DNA from: a virus
Taxonomy: Duplodnaviria > Heunggongvirae > Uroviricota > Caudoviricetes
Strand: one strand, 5' to 3'
Virus record (IMG/VR): IMGVR_UViG_3300037313_000650
DNA: 64,000 nucleotides
The translations under genes were made by a program, and so were the position numbers. The notes beneath the pieces were generated by a model. That model was not told the origin of the DNA, searched no databases, and was given only the letters and a program-made list of their open reading frames with translations. Below are positions 10,162-19,686 of this stretch, in pieces (within the stretch, counting starts at the first letter, position 1; each line of letters begins with the position of its first letter).

Positions 10162-10905
10162 ATGGAAAATAAACTAGATTTTGAATCATTTAAACCGTTA
10201 TTTGGGGATTGGGCTGATATGTTCCGTCCCTTTATTGAATCTAAAGAAATGTGGGAGATTTATGAGAAAATTCGTAAAGATGCCAGAACAGATGTTATAG
10301 TTCCTGATAGTGATGTTACCTTTAGAGCATTTGCTACAACAAATCCAGATGATATAAAAAGCATATGGTATCTTATGGACCCTTTTCCTAGACAGTATAA
10401 GAAAGATTTATTTCAGGCTACAGGAATTGCACTTGATTGTTCGAACTCTCCTGAAGGAAAACTACAACCTTCATTAATAAAGTTCTATGATGCCATAGAA
10501 GAAGAGTATGGTGAAAAGGTAGAACGTTCTGCTAATCTGGAATACCTGCATAAACAAGGGGTAATGTTACTAAATACAGACCTTACCTGTAAATTGAACA
10601 AAACAGGTTCACATATAAGGCTTTGGGAACCATTTCAAAAGTTCTTTCTGGAAGAGATTATGGGTAGTTATTCAGGAATTATATATGTACTTGCTGGAGA
10701 TGAATCAAAACGTATGGAAAGGTACATCTACCCAATGAATAACTATATATTTAAAATCTCTCACCCTGCTTCTGCTGAACATAATAGAACTAAGTGGGAT
10801 AGTCAGGGTATATTCAGAACTACCAATAAGTTGATAGCTGAAAATAATGGAGAAGGTTACATGATTTACTGGAACAAGTTTGAATACGAAAATCCCCCAT
10901 TTTAA
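10162..10905 (+). CDS. ung: family 1 uracil-DNA glycosylase (divergent)
   Basis: LMDPFP (canonical GQDPY), QATGIA, QGVMLLNTDLT and SHPAS motifs in the expected order. Confidence 0.8.
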   Translation: MENKLDFESFKPLFGDWADMFRPFIESKEMWEIYEKIRKDARTDVIVPDSDVTFRAFATTNPDDIKSIWYLMDPFPRQYKKDLFQATGIALDCSNSPEGKLQPSLIKFYDAIEEEYGEKVERSANLEYLHKQGVMLLNTDLTCKLNKTGSHIRLWEPFQKFFLEEIMGSYSGIIYVLAGDESKRMERYIYPMNNYIFKISHPASAEHNRTKWDSQGIFRTTNKLIAENNGEGYMIYWNKFEYENPPF

Positions 10906-10907
10906 TT

Positions 10908-11183
10908 ATGAAATTAAATATTTTTTACGAAGACTATCCTGAATATAGAGAGATGGATATACTCACACTTCAATCAGATGGACTTAGTGAAGTGAAGCAA
11001 TTTTTAAAATCAGCAGGAATTGATTGGTATGCTATAATTTATGGCCCTAATACTTGGGGATGGAGTAGGGAATTTGATTTTCATGTATTTCAAAAAGAAC
11101 CTGATGATAAAGCCAAAAGTATTATAATGAATTTATTTCCTTCCAAGGAAAACGGTGGAAAAACTAATATAATTACAAAATGA
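10908..11183 (+). CDS. hypothetical protein
   Basis: 91 aa ORF in a coupled gene run. Confidence 0.6.
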   Translation: MKLNIFYEDYPEYREMDILTLQSDGLSEVKQFLKSAGIDWYAIIYGPNTWGWSREFDFHVFQKEPDDKAKSIIMNLFPSKENGGKTNIITK

Positions 11184-11920
11184 AAATTATAGCATTAGGT
11201 GATACACACGGTAGGTCATTCTGGAAATATGTAGTGAATACCCAAACCTTTGATAAGTTAGTATTTATAGGAGATTATTTTGATTCTTTTGACATTTCAG
11301 GAGAAGTACAATTGAATAATTTTTTGGATATTGTAGAGTATAAAAAGAACAACCCTGAAAAGGTGATACTGTTAATAGGAAATCACGATCATCATTACTT
11401 TCCAGAGGTAGGAGATGCAGGTACAAGTGGTTATCAACATAAGATGGCTCCTTCATTTGGCTATGTATTAAGTGAAAATAAATATTTACTACAAATGGCT
11501 TATAAAGAAGGAGAATACCTATTTAGCCATGCTGGATTTGCACCTACTTGGTTAGAATCTTTAAAGAAGTATAGCAATAGCTATATAGGTGATTGGAGTA
11601 TAGAAGATATTGATTATACCATCAATATGATATGGCAATATCAACCTCATTCTTTTTCATTTAAAAATTATAATGGAAGAAGTAATCCATACGGTGACAA
11701 TGTTTGGCAATCCCCTATCTGGATTCGTCCTAAAAGCTTAATGCAAGATGGTCAGGAGATAAAGAAAGATGTTATTCAGGTGGTTGGGCATACTCAACAG
11801 AACCAGATTGATATTAAAGGTAAATCTACCGGGGGTAGGTACTACTTTATTGATACCTTAGGAAGCAGCAGAGAATATTTAGTAATTGAAGATGATAAAA
11901 TTTATACAGAAAAAGTGTAA
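11180..11920 (+). CDS. calcineurin-like metallophosphoesterase
   Basis: GDTHG, GDYFD, GNHD, SHAG and GHT motifs. Confidence 0.9.
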   Translation: MKIIALGDTHGRSFWKYVVNTQTFDKLVFIGDYFDSFDISGEVQLNNFLDIVEYKKNNPEKVILLIGNHDHHYFPEVGDAGTSGYQHKMAPSFGYVLSENKYLLQMAYKEGEYLFSHAGFAPTWLESLKKYSNSYIGDWSIEDIDYTINMIWQYQPHSFSFKNYNGRSNPYGDNVWQSPIWIRPKSLMQDGQEIKKDVIQVVGHTQQNQIDIKGKSTGGRYYFIDTLGSSREYLVIEDDKIYTEKV

Positions 11921-11925
11921 ACTTA

Positions 11926-12111
11926 TTGAAAATGGATAAGAAACCTAAATATAATGTCGGAGATGAAGTATATTGGAATGATCCTGATGATGGTGCTTGT
12001 TCTGGTATTTACAAAGTAATAGATATTAATGATGATTTTAGTAGATATGTTTATCTCTTAAGAGATTCAAAAGGGAATGAAACCCAAGCATTTGAATTTG
12101 AACTAAGTTAA
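11926..12111 (+). CDS. hypothetical protein (SH3/KOW-like)
   Basis: KYNVGDEVY start typical of small beta-barrel phage proteins. Confidence 0.5.
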   Translation: MKMDKKPKYNVGDEVYWNDPDDGACSGIYKVIDINDDFSRYVYLLRDSKGNETQAFEFELS

Positions 12112-12115
12112 ATTA

Positions 12116-12580
12116 TTGAAAATGAATAAATTGCATTTAACAGATGAACAACTATATCTTGTATCCAGAGCATTAGACCTCTACAGTAGAATGGGATTGG
12201 GGCAGTTTTGGTATTTGACAGATAATATCACTATACAAAAGAATATTTGGAAGAGAGAAAAGAATATTTGGAAGGGAGAAAAACTGGAAGGTGGTGTTCA
12301 TGAGAAATTTAAAACAAAAGCACAAGAATTATCTAATATCTATACAGGATTTGTTGGGAATGGAAGCTATGGGATATTTTCTCCTGAAGTAGGAGATGAT
12401 TGTAAATTAGCTGCTCACATTCACCAAACAATAAGGCATGAATTCTGGAAACGTAGAAGAGATGAAGACCCCGATGCTTCTTATATTAACATGACTGTAG
12501 ATTCACACCCTGCGGATATATGGAATATGGCAAAGGGTGAAAAATTAGAAATTAAAATTGAAAAAGATGAAAATCAATAG
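12116..12580 (+). CDS. hypothetical protein
   Basis: 154 aa ORF; contains a 21-nt tandem duplication at 12237-12278. Confidence 0.6.
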   Translation: MKMNKLHLTDEQLYLVSRALDLYSRMGLGQFWYLTDNITIQKNIWKREKNIWKGEKLEGGVHEKFKTKAQELSNIYTGFVGNGSYGIFSPEVGDDCKLAAHIHQTIRHEFWKRRRDEDPDASYINMTVDSHPADIWNMAKGEKLEIKIEKDENQ

Positions 12581-12583
12581 AGT

Positions 12584-12808
12584 ATGAGTCTTACAAATGA
12601 AATAAAACGATTACGGAAAAAATTAGAGATTTTTGATATAGAAAAGAGTGCAGAGGTGATGAAAGACTTAATTCAACTCAGTACTGAATATAGTGATGGT
12701 GCAGATTGTCATATGATTATCAGAGAGTTAAAACTGAAATATCAAGGGGAATTACGAGAGTTATTATCTAAGCAAAACAATTACAAACAAGGAAAATTAA
12801 AGTTATGA
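12584..12808 (+). CDS. hypothetical protein
   Basis: 74 aa ORF in a coupled gene run. Confidence 0.55.
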   Translation: MSLTNEIKRLRKKLEIFDIEKSAEVMKDLIQLSTEYSDGADCHMIIRELKLKYQGELRELLSKQNNYKQGKLKL

Positions 12809-13101
12809 CAGTAGCCGAACTTATTGAGAAATTGAAACAATTCAGACCAGATGCTGATATAGTTATTGGAACAGTGATAGAAGCTGATCCAAATAATACA
12901 TTTCTCTTACCATTTAAATCTATTGAAAAAGGTTTTTATTGCCCAGAGCATCTTACTGATCAAGCAAATTATGATGCATGGCTTTATAAAGAGGATCATT
13001 ATGATAATATTGAACAGTTTATGGATGAGTTTAAAGATGATAAAAACTGTGTGGTAATTACTTTTGAGAATATCAAATCAATTCATGGAAATTTTATTTA
13101 A
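12805..13101 (+). CDS. hypothetical protein
   Basis: MTVAELIEKLKQF start common in phage proteins; ATGA overlap. Confidence 0.6.
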   Translation: MTVAELIEKLKQFRPDADIVIGTVIEADPNNTFLLPFKSIEKGFYCPEHLTDQANYDAWLYKEDHYDNIEQFMDEFKDDKNCVVITFENIKSIHGNFI

Positions 13102-13106
13102 AAGTT

Positions 13107-13325
13107 ATGAAAAAGGAAAGTAATGAATTTAAGTTTAAAGAACGTAGAACTAGATCATTAGGAAGAAATGGGGCTTCATTTACCGAAGGTATCCATATCA
13201 GTAGTAGTGGGTTAGATTTAGATATTTACCCCATTAATTCCAAAGGGGATGTGACAAAGTGCAGAATTACGATACCAAGAGAAGATATACCTACATTTAT
13301 TGAAAAATTAAAAGAAATACTATGA
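13107..13325 (+). CDS. hypothetical protein
   Basis: 72 aa ORF overlapping the rIIA start. Confidence 0.55.
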   Translation: MKKESNEFKFKERRTRSLGRNGASFTEGIHISSSGLDLDIYPINSKGDVTKCRITIPREDIPTFIEKLKEIL

Positions 13326-15835
13326 TTTTGAACGGAGCTACTACAAGTAACGTAATTATTGTTTCAGATGATAATGAGCCGAAGAAACAGATGAACATCT
13401 CTCAATCATCTGAGGTTCAAGCGCATATCATTAAGGTATTAACAGATTATTCCTACAAGAAGAAGATTGAGAGTGCAATTCGTGAGACTGTAAGTAATAG
13501 TATTGATTCACATATAGAAGCTGGAAAGAGAGATGAGCCAGTGTTAGTACGTTTGAAATATAATTCAGATAAAAAACAATGGTGGTTTGAATCTGAAGAT
13601 AAGGGGTTAGGATTGGATGAAGAAGGATTTGATAAATATATCATGGGTATTGGAGAAAGTACCAAACGTAATAATCCTGATACATTAGGTATGTACGGTG
13701 CAGGTGCAAAGAGTCCGTTGAGTAAGGTGAATTCTTTCTATTTCATCTGTAGAAAGGATGGTGTAGAACGTAAGTTTACACTCTATAAAACAGCTACAGT
13801 TCCTGAAAAGAGAAAAGATTATGAAGTGGCTACCGATCAACCCAATGGTGTAATTGTCCATATTGACATTCCTACATCTGATTCTATCTATTCTTGGAAA
13901 AGTGCCATGAAGGAGCAACTTTCCTACTTCCCTAATATTGTATATGATGTTTCTGGTGATCGTCCTGAAGAATGGAACAATTATAAAATCTTCAGGCATG
14001 ATGATTTTGAGTGGTCTGAGCTTTGTAATAAGAACGTAATGCACATTTCTTTAGGTGGTGTTTACTATCCTATTGATTGGGGAGCTATGGGTAAGGATAG
14101 CTGGTATAATATCGATGTACCGATTGCTGTAAAGCTAAGTCTTACAGATGGTGTACAACCTACCTTTTCCAGAGAGGAGTTACAGTATGATGAAAAGACC
14201 ATCAGGATAATTGAAGATAAGCTGTTATTAATAGCTATGTGGTTTGCAGATCGGTATAATCAAACCTGTATAGAACGTGAAAACTTACTACAGGCTTATG
14301 ATGAGATTGGTAAAGAAGAAAAGTACATCACACTAGAAGGTAGACTAATAGAGTTTTCTTCACTTCTGGAACATACAAAGGTAAAGGTGGATGAAATTAA
14401 GGTTAAGGGTATTTCCTTAAAAGAACCTAAATTCTATAAGGATCATTTTAGTGATTTATTGTATGAATATACACCTGTAGCTTATCTGGATGAAAATGAT
14501 AACTGGAAGAAGAAGGAAAACAAATTTGCTTCTATCACCAAACAGATTTTTGATAAAAGAGAGGTAGTAGTATTGAATGAAACTCCTGTAGGTAGATTTA
14601 AAACCTATCTTAGAGAGAGTTATCCATGTAGAACCCTGTTTGTAGTAAGAAATAGGAAGAGAAAGTTAGGAACTAGTAATAATCACCATTCTTATAGTTC
14701 TTACAGATATATATTAGGTTTAACCATTAAGAACAAATCGGAATGGAGAGAGTACATTAAAGAATGGCAATATGTCAGAGATACTATTACTGCTGGATTC
14801 AAAGACGGTACAGGATTGGAAAGAGGAGAAGATTTTCAGCAATGGTTGGAAGAGGAAAAGAAACGTCAGAAGGAAGCAAGACAAAGGGGAGAATGTAGTT
14901 CCAACTATAAGGCTCTGAACAAGCAAAAGGGTGAAATTACGGTCAATACAGCAAGGAAACATACCTATCAGGACTATGCAGTATTTGATAAGGGTACTGA
15001 AATGATTGAATCCTTATACCGCACACCTAAATTGACAGTCTACTTTAAAAAGGACCAGCTTTCAGAAAATGCTGATTTTATCTATAAAGCAATGACTTGC
15101 CTACCTAATGTTCGTTTTGTATGGCTTAATGACAGGGAAATAAAACACGTAGAAAACCTCAAAAACTTTAAAACTAAATCTCAATTTATGTTTAGCAAAC
15201 CTCTTAAAAGATATATTACTGCCAGTTTAATTAAGGATTATTTAAATCTGGTTCCTGATAACGAAGAAATGATCTATGAAGCATTTCCTAAATATGGTGA
15301 AATGAAACAAAAACTTCGTAATTATATGAATCAGCATAATGAAAGTGGTAGTACAGCCTTGTATACAGAATTGAAAAGGGTGGCTATTGAAAATAATCTT
15401 TTAGATGAGGAAATCTACCCATTGTTGAAAGAGTTTAGGAAGATTATGGACGACTTTGGTTTCTTATCCTATCTGAAAGATACTACTAGCTGGAGAACTT
15501 CTGAAGCTGAAAAGAAGATAGTAAAGAATATCATTTACACTATGCTTAAAGCTAAGAAGGTATCCTGTAAACTAGTTGAGGATTATGAATTGGTAGAAAA
15601 GCCTAAATTTGAAGTAGCTTCAGATGCAGAAGAAATCAGTTATGACTTCTATCAGCCTGAAATGGATGATGATGGTGAAATAAGAGGCCACAGACATGAA
15701 TGGGTTAATGATAATGAAGTGTGGAAGAGTAAAGAACAACTTCTGTCACGTTATCCTAATTGTACACCTGTAGGTTTTAATGAAGGGGATATTGAAGACC
15801 CTGTATTTATGGATACAGAGGAAGAAGTAGCGTAA
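13322..15835 (+). CDS. rIIA: RIIA-like protein with N-terminal GHKL ATPase
   Basis: IRETVSNSID, EDKGLG, STK and GMYGAGAKS GHKL motifs; GGVYYP and SREELQYDEKT as in RIIA proteins. Confidence 0.85.
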   Translation: MILNGATTSNVIIVSDDNEPKKQMNISQSSEVQAHIIKVLTDYSYKKKIESAIRETVSNSIDSHIEAGKRDEPVLVRLKYNSDKKQWWFESEDKGLGLDEEGFDKYIMGIGESTKRNNPDTLGMYGAGAKSPLSKVNSFYFICRKDGVERKFTLYKTATVPEKRKDYEVATDQPNGVIVHIDIPTSDSIYSWKSAMKEQLSYFPNIVYDVSGDRPEEWNNYKIFRHDDFEWSELCNKNVMHISLGGVYYPIDWGAMGKDSWYNIDVPIAVKLSLTDGVQPTFSREELQYDEKTIRIIEDKLLLIAMWFADRYNQTCIERENLLQAYDEIGKEEKYITLEGRLIEFSSLLEHTKVKVDEIKVKGISLKEPKFYKDHFSDLLYEYTPVAYLDENDNWKKKENKFASITKQIFDKREVVVLNETPVGRFKTYLRESYPCRTLFVVRNRKRKLGTSNNHHSYSSYRYILGLTIKNKSEWREYIKEWQYVRDTITAGFKDGTGLERGEDFQQWLEEEKKRQKEARQRGECSSNYKALNKQKGEITVNTARKHTYQDYAVFDKGTEMIESLYRTPKLTVYFKKDQLSENADFIYKAMTCLPNVRFVWLNDREIKHVENLKNFKTKSQFMFSKPLKRYITASLIKDYLNLVPDNEEMIYEAFPKYGEMKQKLRNYMNQHNESGSTALYTELKRVAIENNLLDEEIYPLLKEFRKIMDDFGFLSYLKDTTSWRTSEAEKKIVKNIIYTMLKAKKVSCKLVEDYELVEKPKFEVASDAEEISYDFYQPEMDDDGEIRGHRHEWVNDNEVWKSKEQLLSRYPNCTPVGFNEGDIEDPVFMDTEEEVA

Positions 15836-15843
15836 GTAAGAAT

Positions 15844-15867
15844 GAGGGGAGGTAACACTCCCCTTTT
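15844..15867 (+). terminator. intrinsic terminator after rIIA
   Basis: GGGGAG-GTAACA-CTCCCC-TTTT. Confidence 0.8.
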
Positions 15868-15878
15868 AAATTTATTTT

Positions 15879-16103
15879 ATGGAATGGTTATTTAAACTAC
15901 AAAAAGAAGTATACGGTAAGTTAGATAGCCTATACAAAGAACGCACCTGTATGTGGCAATGCATTACAGACAAAAGAGTAGTAGAATCATGGACATGTTA
16001 TGATGAAAAAGGAAATCCTACAAGTGTAATGATAACTATGAGTAAGAGTGGAGTTAAAGATTATGCATTTATTTTTAAAACAGAATTACTTGGTACAGTT
16101 TAA
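15879..16103 (+). CDS. hypothetical protein
   Basis: 74 aa ORF. Confidence 0.55.
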   Translation: MEWLFKLQKEVYGKLDSLYKERTCMWQCITDKRVVESWTCYDEKGNPTSVMITMSKSGVKDYAFIFKTELLGTV

Positions 16104-16115
16104 AAAAATTAAATT

Positions 16116-17114
16116 ATGAGTCCTTCAGAATTAACAACGTATTTAGAGTTTGCAATTAAAAATCGTTTTAATGTTTTAGTAACAGGAAAGCCGGGAATTG
16201 GTAAGAGTGATATTGGGCATCAGGCAAGTGCAAATGCTGGAAGAGAAGTAATATTATCTCATCCTGTAGTGAGTGACCCAACAGATTATAAAGGATTACC
16301 ATTTGCAGCAAATGGAGTGGCTGAATTTTTACCGTTTGGAGATTTAAGAAAGTTGTTGGAAGCTGAAAAACCTACTACATGGTTTATTGATGATTTAGGA
16401 CAAGCATCCTCTGCTGTACAAGCTTCACTTATGCAAATATTGTTAGCCAGAGAAATTAACGGTCATAAAATTTCAGATAACGTAAGTATTATTGCTGCTA
16501 CCAACAGGAAAGAAGATAAAGCTGCTGTATCTGGATTATTAGAACCTGTAAAGTCAAGATTTGGAGGTGGTATTATTGAACTACAGGTGAATCATGAGGA
16601 TTGGGTAAGGTGGGCGTTGCAAAATAGTATGCCTGTGGAGTTGATTTCATTTGTACGTTTCAGACCCGATCTGCTGGATAAAGCAGTACCTACTAAGGAG
16701 ATTAAGAATTCAGCATCTCCAAGAACTGTAGCTGCTGTAGGTAAGGTACAGAATGCAGGAGTTTCTGAATCTTTGATGAATGAAGCGTTTAAAGGTATCG
16801 TAGGTGAATCATTTGCTACAGAATATATGGCATTCTTAAAACTGTATAAAGATTTACCAAGTATAGATGACATATTCTTAAATCCTAAAACTGCTGATAT
16901 TCCTAAAACTCCCGGTGGTAAGTATGCTATTTCAGGTGCTATTGCAGCTAAGGCAAAACCAGATAGAATGGGTGCTATCACACAATACATTGATAGACTT
17001 CCTGCTGAAAATGCTGTAGCTTGCATGAAGGATATTAATATTCGTAGTAAAGAATGCACTAGAACACAAGAGTTTATTCAATGGGCATCAGATAAAGGAG
17101 ACTTTTTAATATGA
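16116..17114 (+). CDS. MoxR-like AAA+ ATPase
   Basis: GKPGIGKS Walker A, WFIDDLGQA Walker B, AATNR sensor, SPRT motif. Confidence 0.85.
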   Translation: MSPSELTTYLEFAIKNRFNVLVTGKPGIGKSDIGHQASANAGREVILSHPVVSDPTDYKGLPFAANGVAEFLPFGDLRKLLEAEKPTTWFIDDLGQASSAVQASLMQILLAREINGHKISDNVSIIAATNRKEDKAAVSGLLEPVKSRFGGGIIELQVNHEDWVRWALQNSMPVELISFVRFRPDLLDKAVPTKEIKNSASPRTVAAVGKVQNAGVSESLMNEAFKGIVGESFATEYMAFLKLYKDLPSIDDIFLNPKTADIPKTPGGKYAISGAIAAKAKPDRMGAITQYIDRLPAENAVACMKDINIRSKECTRTQEFIQWASDKGDFLI

Positions 17115-17557
17115 AAAATGGACAAATTATAGAAAATAATAAGTTGATAGCTACTTTTATGGGATATACTTATTTTCCTTATAATCATCCTGATATTAAG
17201 AGTCCGAGAGATGCAGGGTGGAAAATAGATGCTAAAGTATCCAGTATTTCTAAATGGAATATTGGTTATACTAAAAAAGCATTTCTATGCAGAAGTCATA
17301 ATCAGTTAAATTATGATGGTAGCTGGCAATGGATAATGCCTGTAGTAGAAAAGATAGCTAGGATGAGAATAAAATATCTAAATGAGGATGAATACTTCAG
17401 CCCTTATCCTGTAACCTTTGGAATGATTGATGATGAAGGTAATTTTATGGTAAGGTTTCACTCTCATCAATTATTTCAGTCTTCAAGTTTTATTGAAGCG
17501 GTGTGGATGGCAGTAATTGACTTTATTAAATCTTATAATGAAGATGAAAGCAAATGA
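17111..17557 (+). CDS. conserved phage hypothetical protein
   Basis: YDGSWQWIMPVVEKI motif recurrent in Bacteroidota phage proteins. Confidence 0.6.
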   Translation: MKNGQIIENNKLIATFMGYTYFPYNHPDIKSPRDAGWKIDAKVSSISKWNIGYTKKAFLCRSHNQLNYDGSWQWIMPVVEKIARMRIKYLNEDEYFSPYPVTFGMIDDEGNFMVRFHSHQLFQSSSFIEAVWMAVIDFIKSYNEDESK

Positions 17558-18650
17558 TCTAATAACTAAAGCAAAGGCTCAGTTGATAATAACTGAACCT
17601 TTCTTCGCTACCCTTGCGTTAAAAATGGCTTACATAGAAGATGAAACAAAGCCAACAGCATGTACGAATGGTGATTATATTAAATACAATCCCAAATACG
17701 TAGAGGGGTTAAGCTTGGATGAAATTAAGGGATTATTGGCACATGAAGTTATGCACCCTGCAATGATGCACCACACCAGAAGAGGAAATAGAAATCCTAA
17801 GAAATGGAATAGGGCTTGTGACTATGCTATTAATCCTATACTTATAGATGCTGGCTTTACACTTCCCCCAAATGGACTAGTAAACTCTGCTTTTAAAGAT
17901 ATGTCAGCAGAACAGATTTACAATATTATTCCAGATGAGCCGGATGACGATAAGTCGGGAACAGGAGATGGTATGGGAGATGTGGAAGATGCAGATGGTA
18001 AAGATGAGTCCAGTAAGACAGCAAAGGAAGATGAGATGAAAGTATCTCTTTCTCAAGCACTTATAGCAGCAAAGGATCAGGGAAACCTACCGGGAAGTTT
18101 AAGACGATTAATTCAGGAAGTATTGCAACCTAAGGTAGATTGGCAGGAAGTACTTGCAAGATTCCTTACTGAAGTGGAGAGGAACGATTATACATTTAAG
18201 AAACCAAATCCAAGATATATACAATCTGGGTTTTACCTTCCTTATCTGGAAAATCAAACCATTGGTGAGATTGTATTAATAGTAGATACTTCTGGTAGTA
18301 TTACTGAGGAAATTATCAATAAGTTTGGAACAGAGATGCAGCAAATAACAAATACCTTTAATAAAGGATTTAAAGTGTTGTATGTTGATGCAAAGTTTCA
18401 AGGAGAGCAGGATATAGAACCAGACGGAGATGTGAAATTAGAACCCTTGGGTGGTGGAGGAACAGACTTTAAACCGGGATTTAAGTATATTGAAGAGCAA
18501 GGAATTTCCCCCAAAGCTGTAGTGTATTTTACAGATATGGTATGCACTTCTTTTCCTGAAGAACCAGAATATCCTGTATTATGGGTAGAATATGGCACAG
18601 GTGGCTTTGAAGCTCCATTTGGTGAAGTATTAAAAATTGATGAACTATAA
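17538..18650 (+). CDS. DUF2201-type HExxH metallopeptidase-like plus vWA domain protein
   Basis: AHEVMH, WNRACDYAIN, VDTSGS (MIDAS) and GGGGTDF motifs; ATG at 17538 or 17544 preferred over the track start at 17517. Confidence 0.85.
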   Translation: MKMKANDLITKAKAQLIITEPFFATLALKMAYIEDETKPTACTNGDYIKYNPKYVEGLSLDEIKGLLAHEVMHPAMMHHTRRGNRNPKKWNRACDYAINPILIDAGFTLPPNGLVNSAFKDMSAEQIYNIIPDEPDDDKSGTGDGMGDVEDADGKDESSKTAKEDEMKVSLSQALIAAKDQGNLPGSLRRLIQEVLQPKVDWQEVLARFLTEVERNDYTFKKPNPRYIQSGFYLPYLENQTIGEIVLIVDTSGSITEEIINKFGTEMQQITNTFNKGFKVLYVDAKFQGEQDIEPDGDVKLEPLGGGGTDFKPGFKYIEEQGISPKAVVYFTDMVCTSFPEEPEYPVLWVEYGTGGFEAPFGEVLKIDEL

Positions 18651-18831
18651 AAAAACAACTTATATGATACCAGCAATTCCTCCTGAAGACTATAAAGGGA
18701 GTGTAGCAGATTGGATGATTAAACTACAAGAAAAAGGGTATTGGGATGGTGAAAATCCTGATTGGTATGGAGATGTTATGTTAACAGATGAAGAATGGTG
18801 GAAATTATTAGAAGAATGTGAAAATGAATAA
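18637..18831 (+). CDS. hypothetical acidic Trp-rich protein
   Basis: 64 aa ORF overlapping the previous gene. Confidence 0.55.
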   Translation: MMNYKKTTYMIPAIPPEDYKGSVADWMIKLQEKGYWDGENPDWYGDVMLTDEEWWKLLEECENE

Positions 18832-18834
18832 TTT

Positions 18835-19050
18835 ATGTTAAACAGATTTGTATTAGTAAAAGTATGCTATACAACAGAAATGGAGAAAGAAAAATGGTTT
18901 TACGTTAAGTATATATACCAAAATTCAGCATCATTAACTGAAAATGTTAATGAAGCTCACCGTTTCTCATCTGATGTGGATATAGCACAAAAATTAGAAG
19001 GTAAATTTAATGGTTACATTTTAAAACTAGAAGAATATTATTCATTATGA
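18835..19050 (+). CDS. hypothetical protein
   Basis: 71 aa ORF in a coupled run. Confidence 0.5.
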   Translation: MLNRFVLVKVCYTTEMEKEKWFYVKYIYQNSASLTENVNEAHRFSSDVDIAQKLEGKFNGYILKLEEYYSL

Positions 19051-19373
19051 TAACAGAAAAACAATATTGCGATATAACAAATTGTACACCTTGGTTTAAT
19101 CTTGAGAGCTTTAAACTTGATGAAGTACAGGCTTTTTTAACTAAATTAGGTTATAAAATAGTAATACATGAGGCTCCTTGGATAAAAGAAGTTGTGGAAT
19201 GGGATGCAATGGAACCAGTTAAAAAAGGTAAGGAGCAATTCTTTGATCCCAGAATATTAGCTGTTAAAGAAGGTGAATCTCTTCCTGAAAGGAACGATTC
19301 AGAGAAGGCAATGAAGATGGACTTTAGACATGTATTTCAAACAGAATTAAAGAAAAGAATATTAGGATTATGA
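19047..19373 (+). CDS. hypothetical protein
   Basis: ATGA overlaps at both ends. Confidence 0.6.
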   Translation: MITEKQYCDITNCTPWFNLESFKLDEVQAFLTKLGYKIVIHEAPWIKEVVEWDAMEPVKKGKEQFFDPRILAVKEGESLPERNDSEKAMKMDFRHVFQTELKKRILGL

Positions 19374-19675
19374 GTAGAGAATATTTGCACATTAAAAATT
19401 ACTTACATAATGAATTAGGTGTAAGTGAAGAATATATTGAAAAGATTGTTGATAAGTATGTCTCTGACCAATTAACTAAAATCCTAACTGATAAATTAGA
19501 AAGTAATTGGATGAGTCGTATAATTGAATCAAAGATTGGTCAAATATTAAGCGGTAAACCTAAAGTTTCTATGTTTCAGGATACTTTAGCAGATTATATT
19601 AAAGAAGAGATTAGAAAACAAGTAAAAGAAGAAGTAGTAAAAAGAATTGAATTTAAATCTATTAATGTACAATAA
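19370..19675 (+). CDS. hypothetical protein
   Basis: 101 aa ORF, ATGA overlap. Confidence 0.6.
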   Translation: MSREYLHIKNYLHNELGVSEEYIEKIVDKYVSDQLTKILTDKLESNWMSRIIESKIGQILSGKPKVSMFQDTLADYIKEEIRKQVKEEVVKRIEFKSINVQ

Positions 19676-19686
19676 AATTTAATAAT

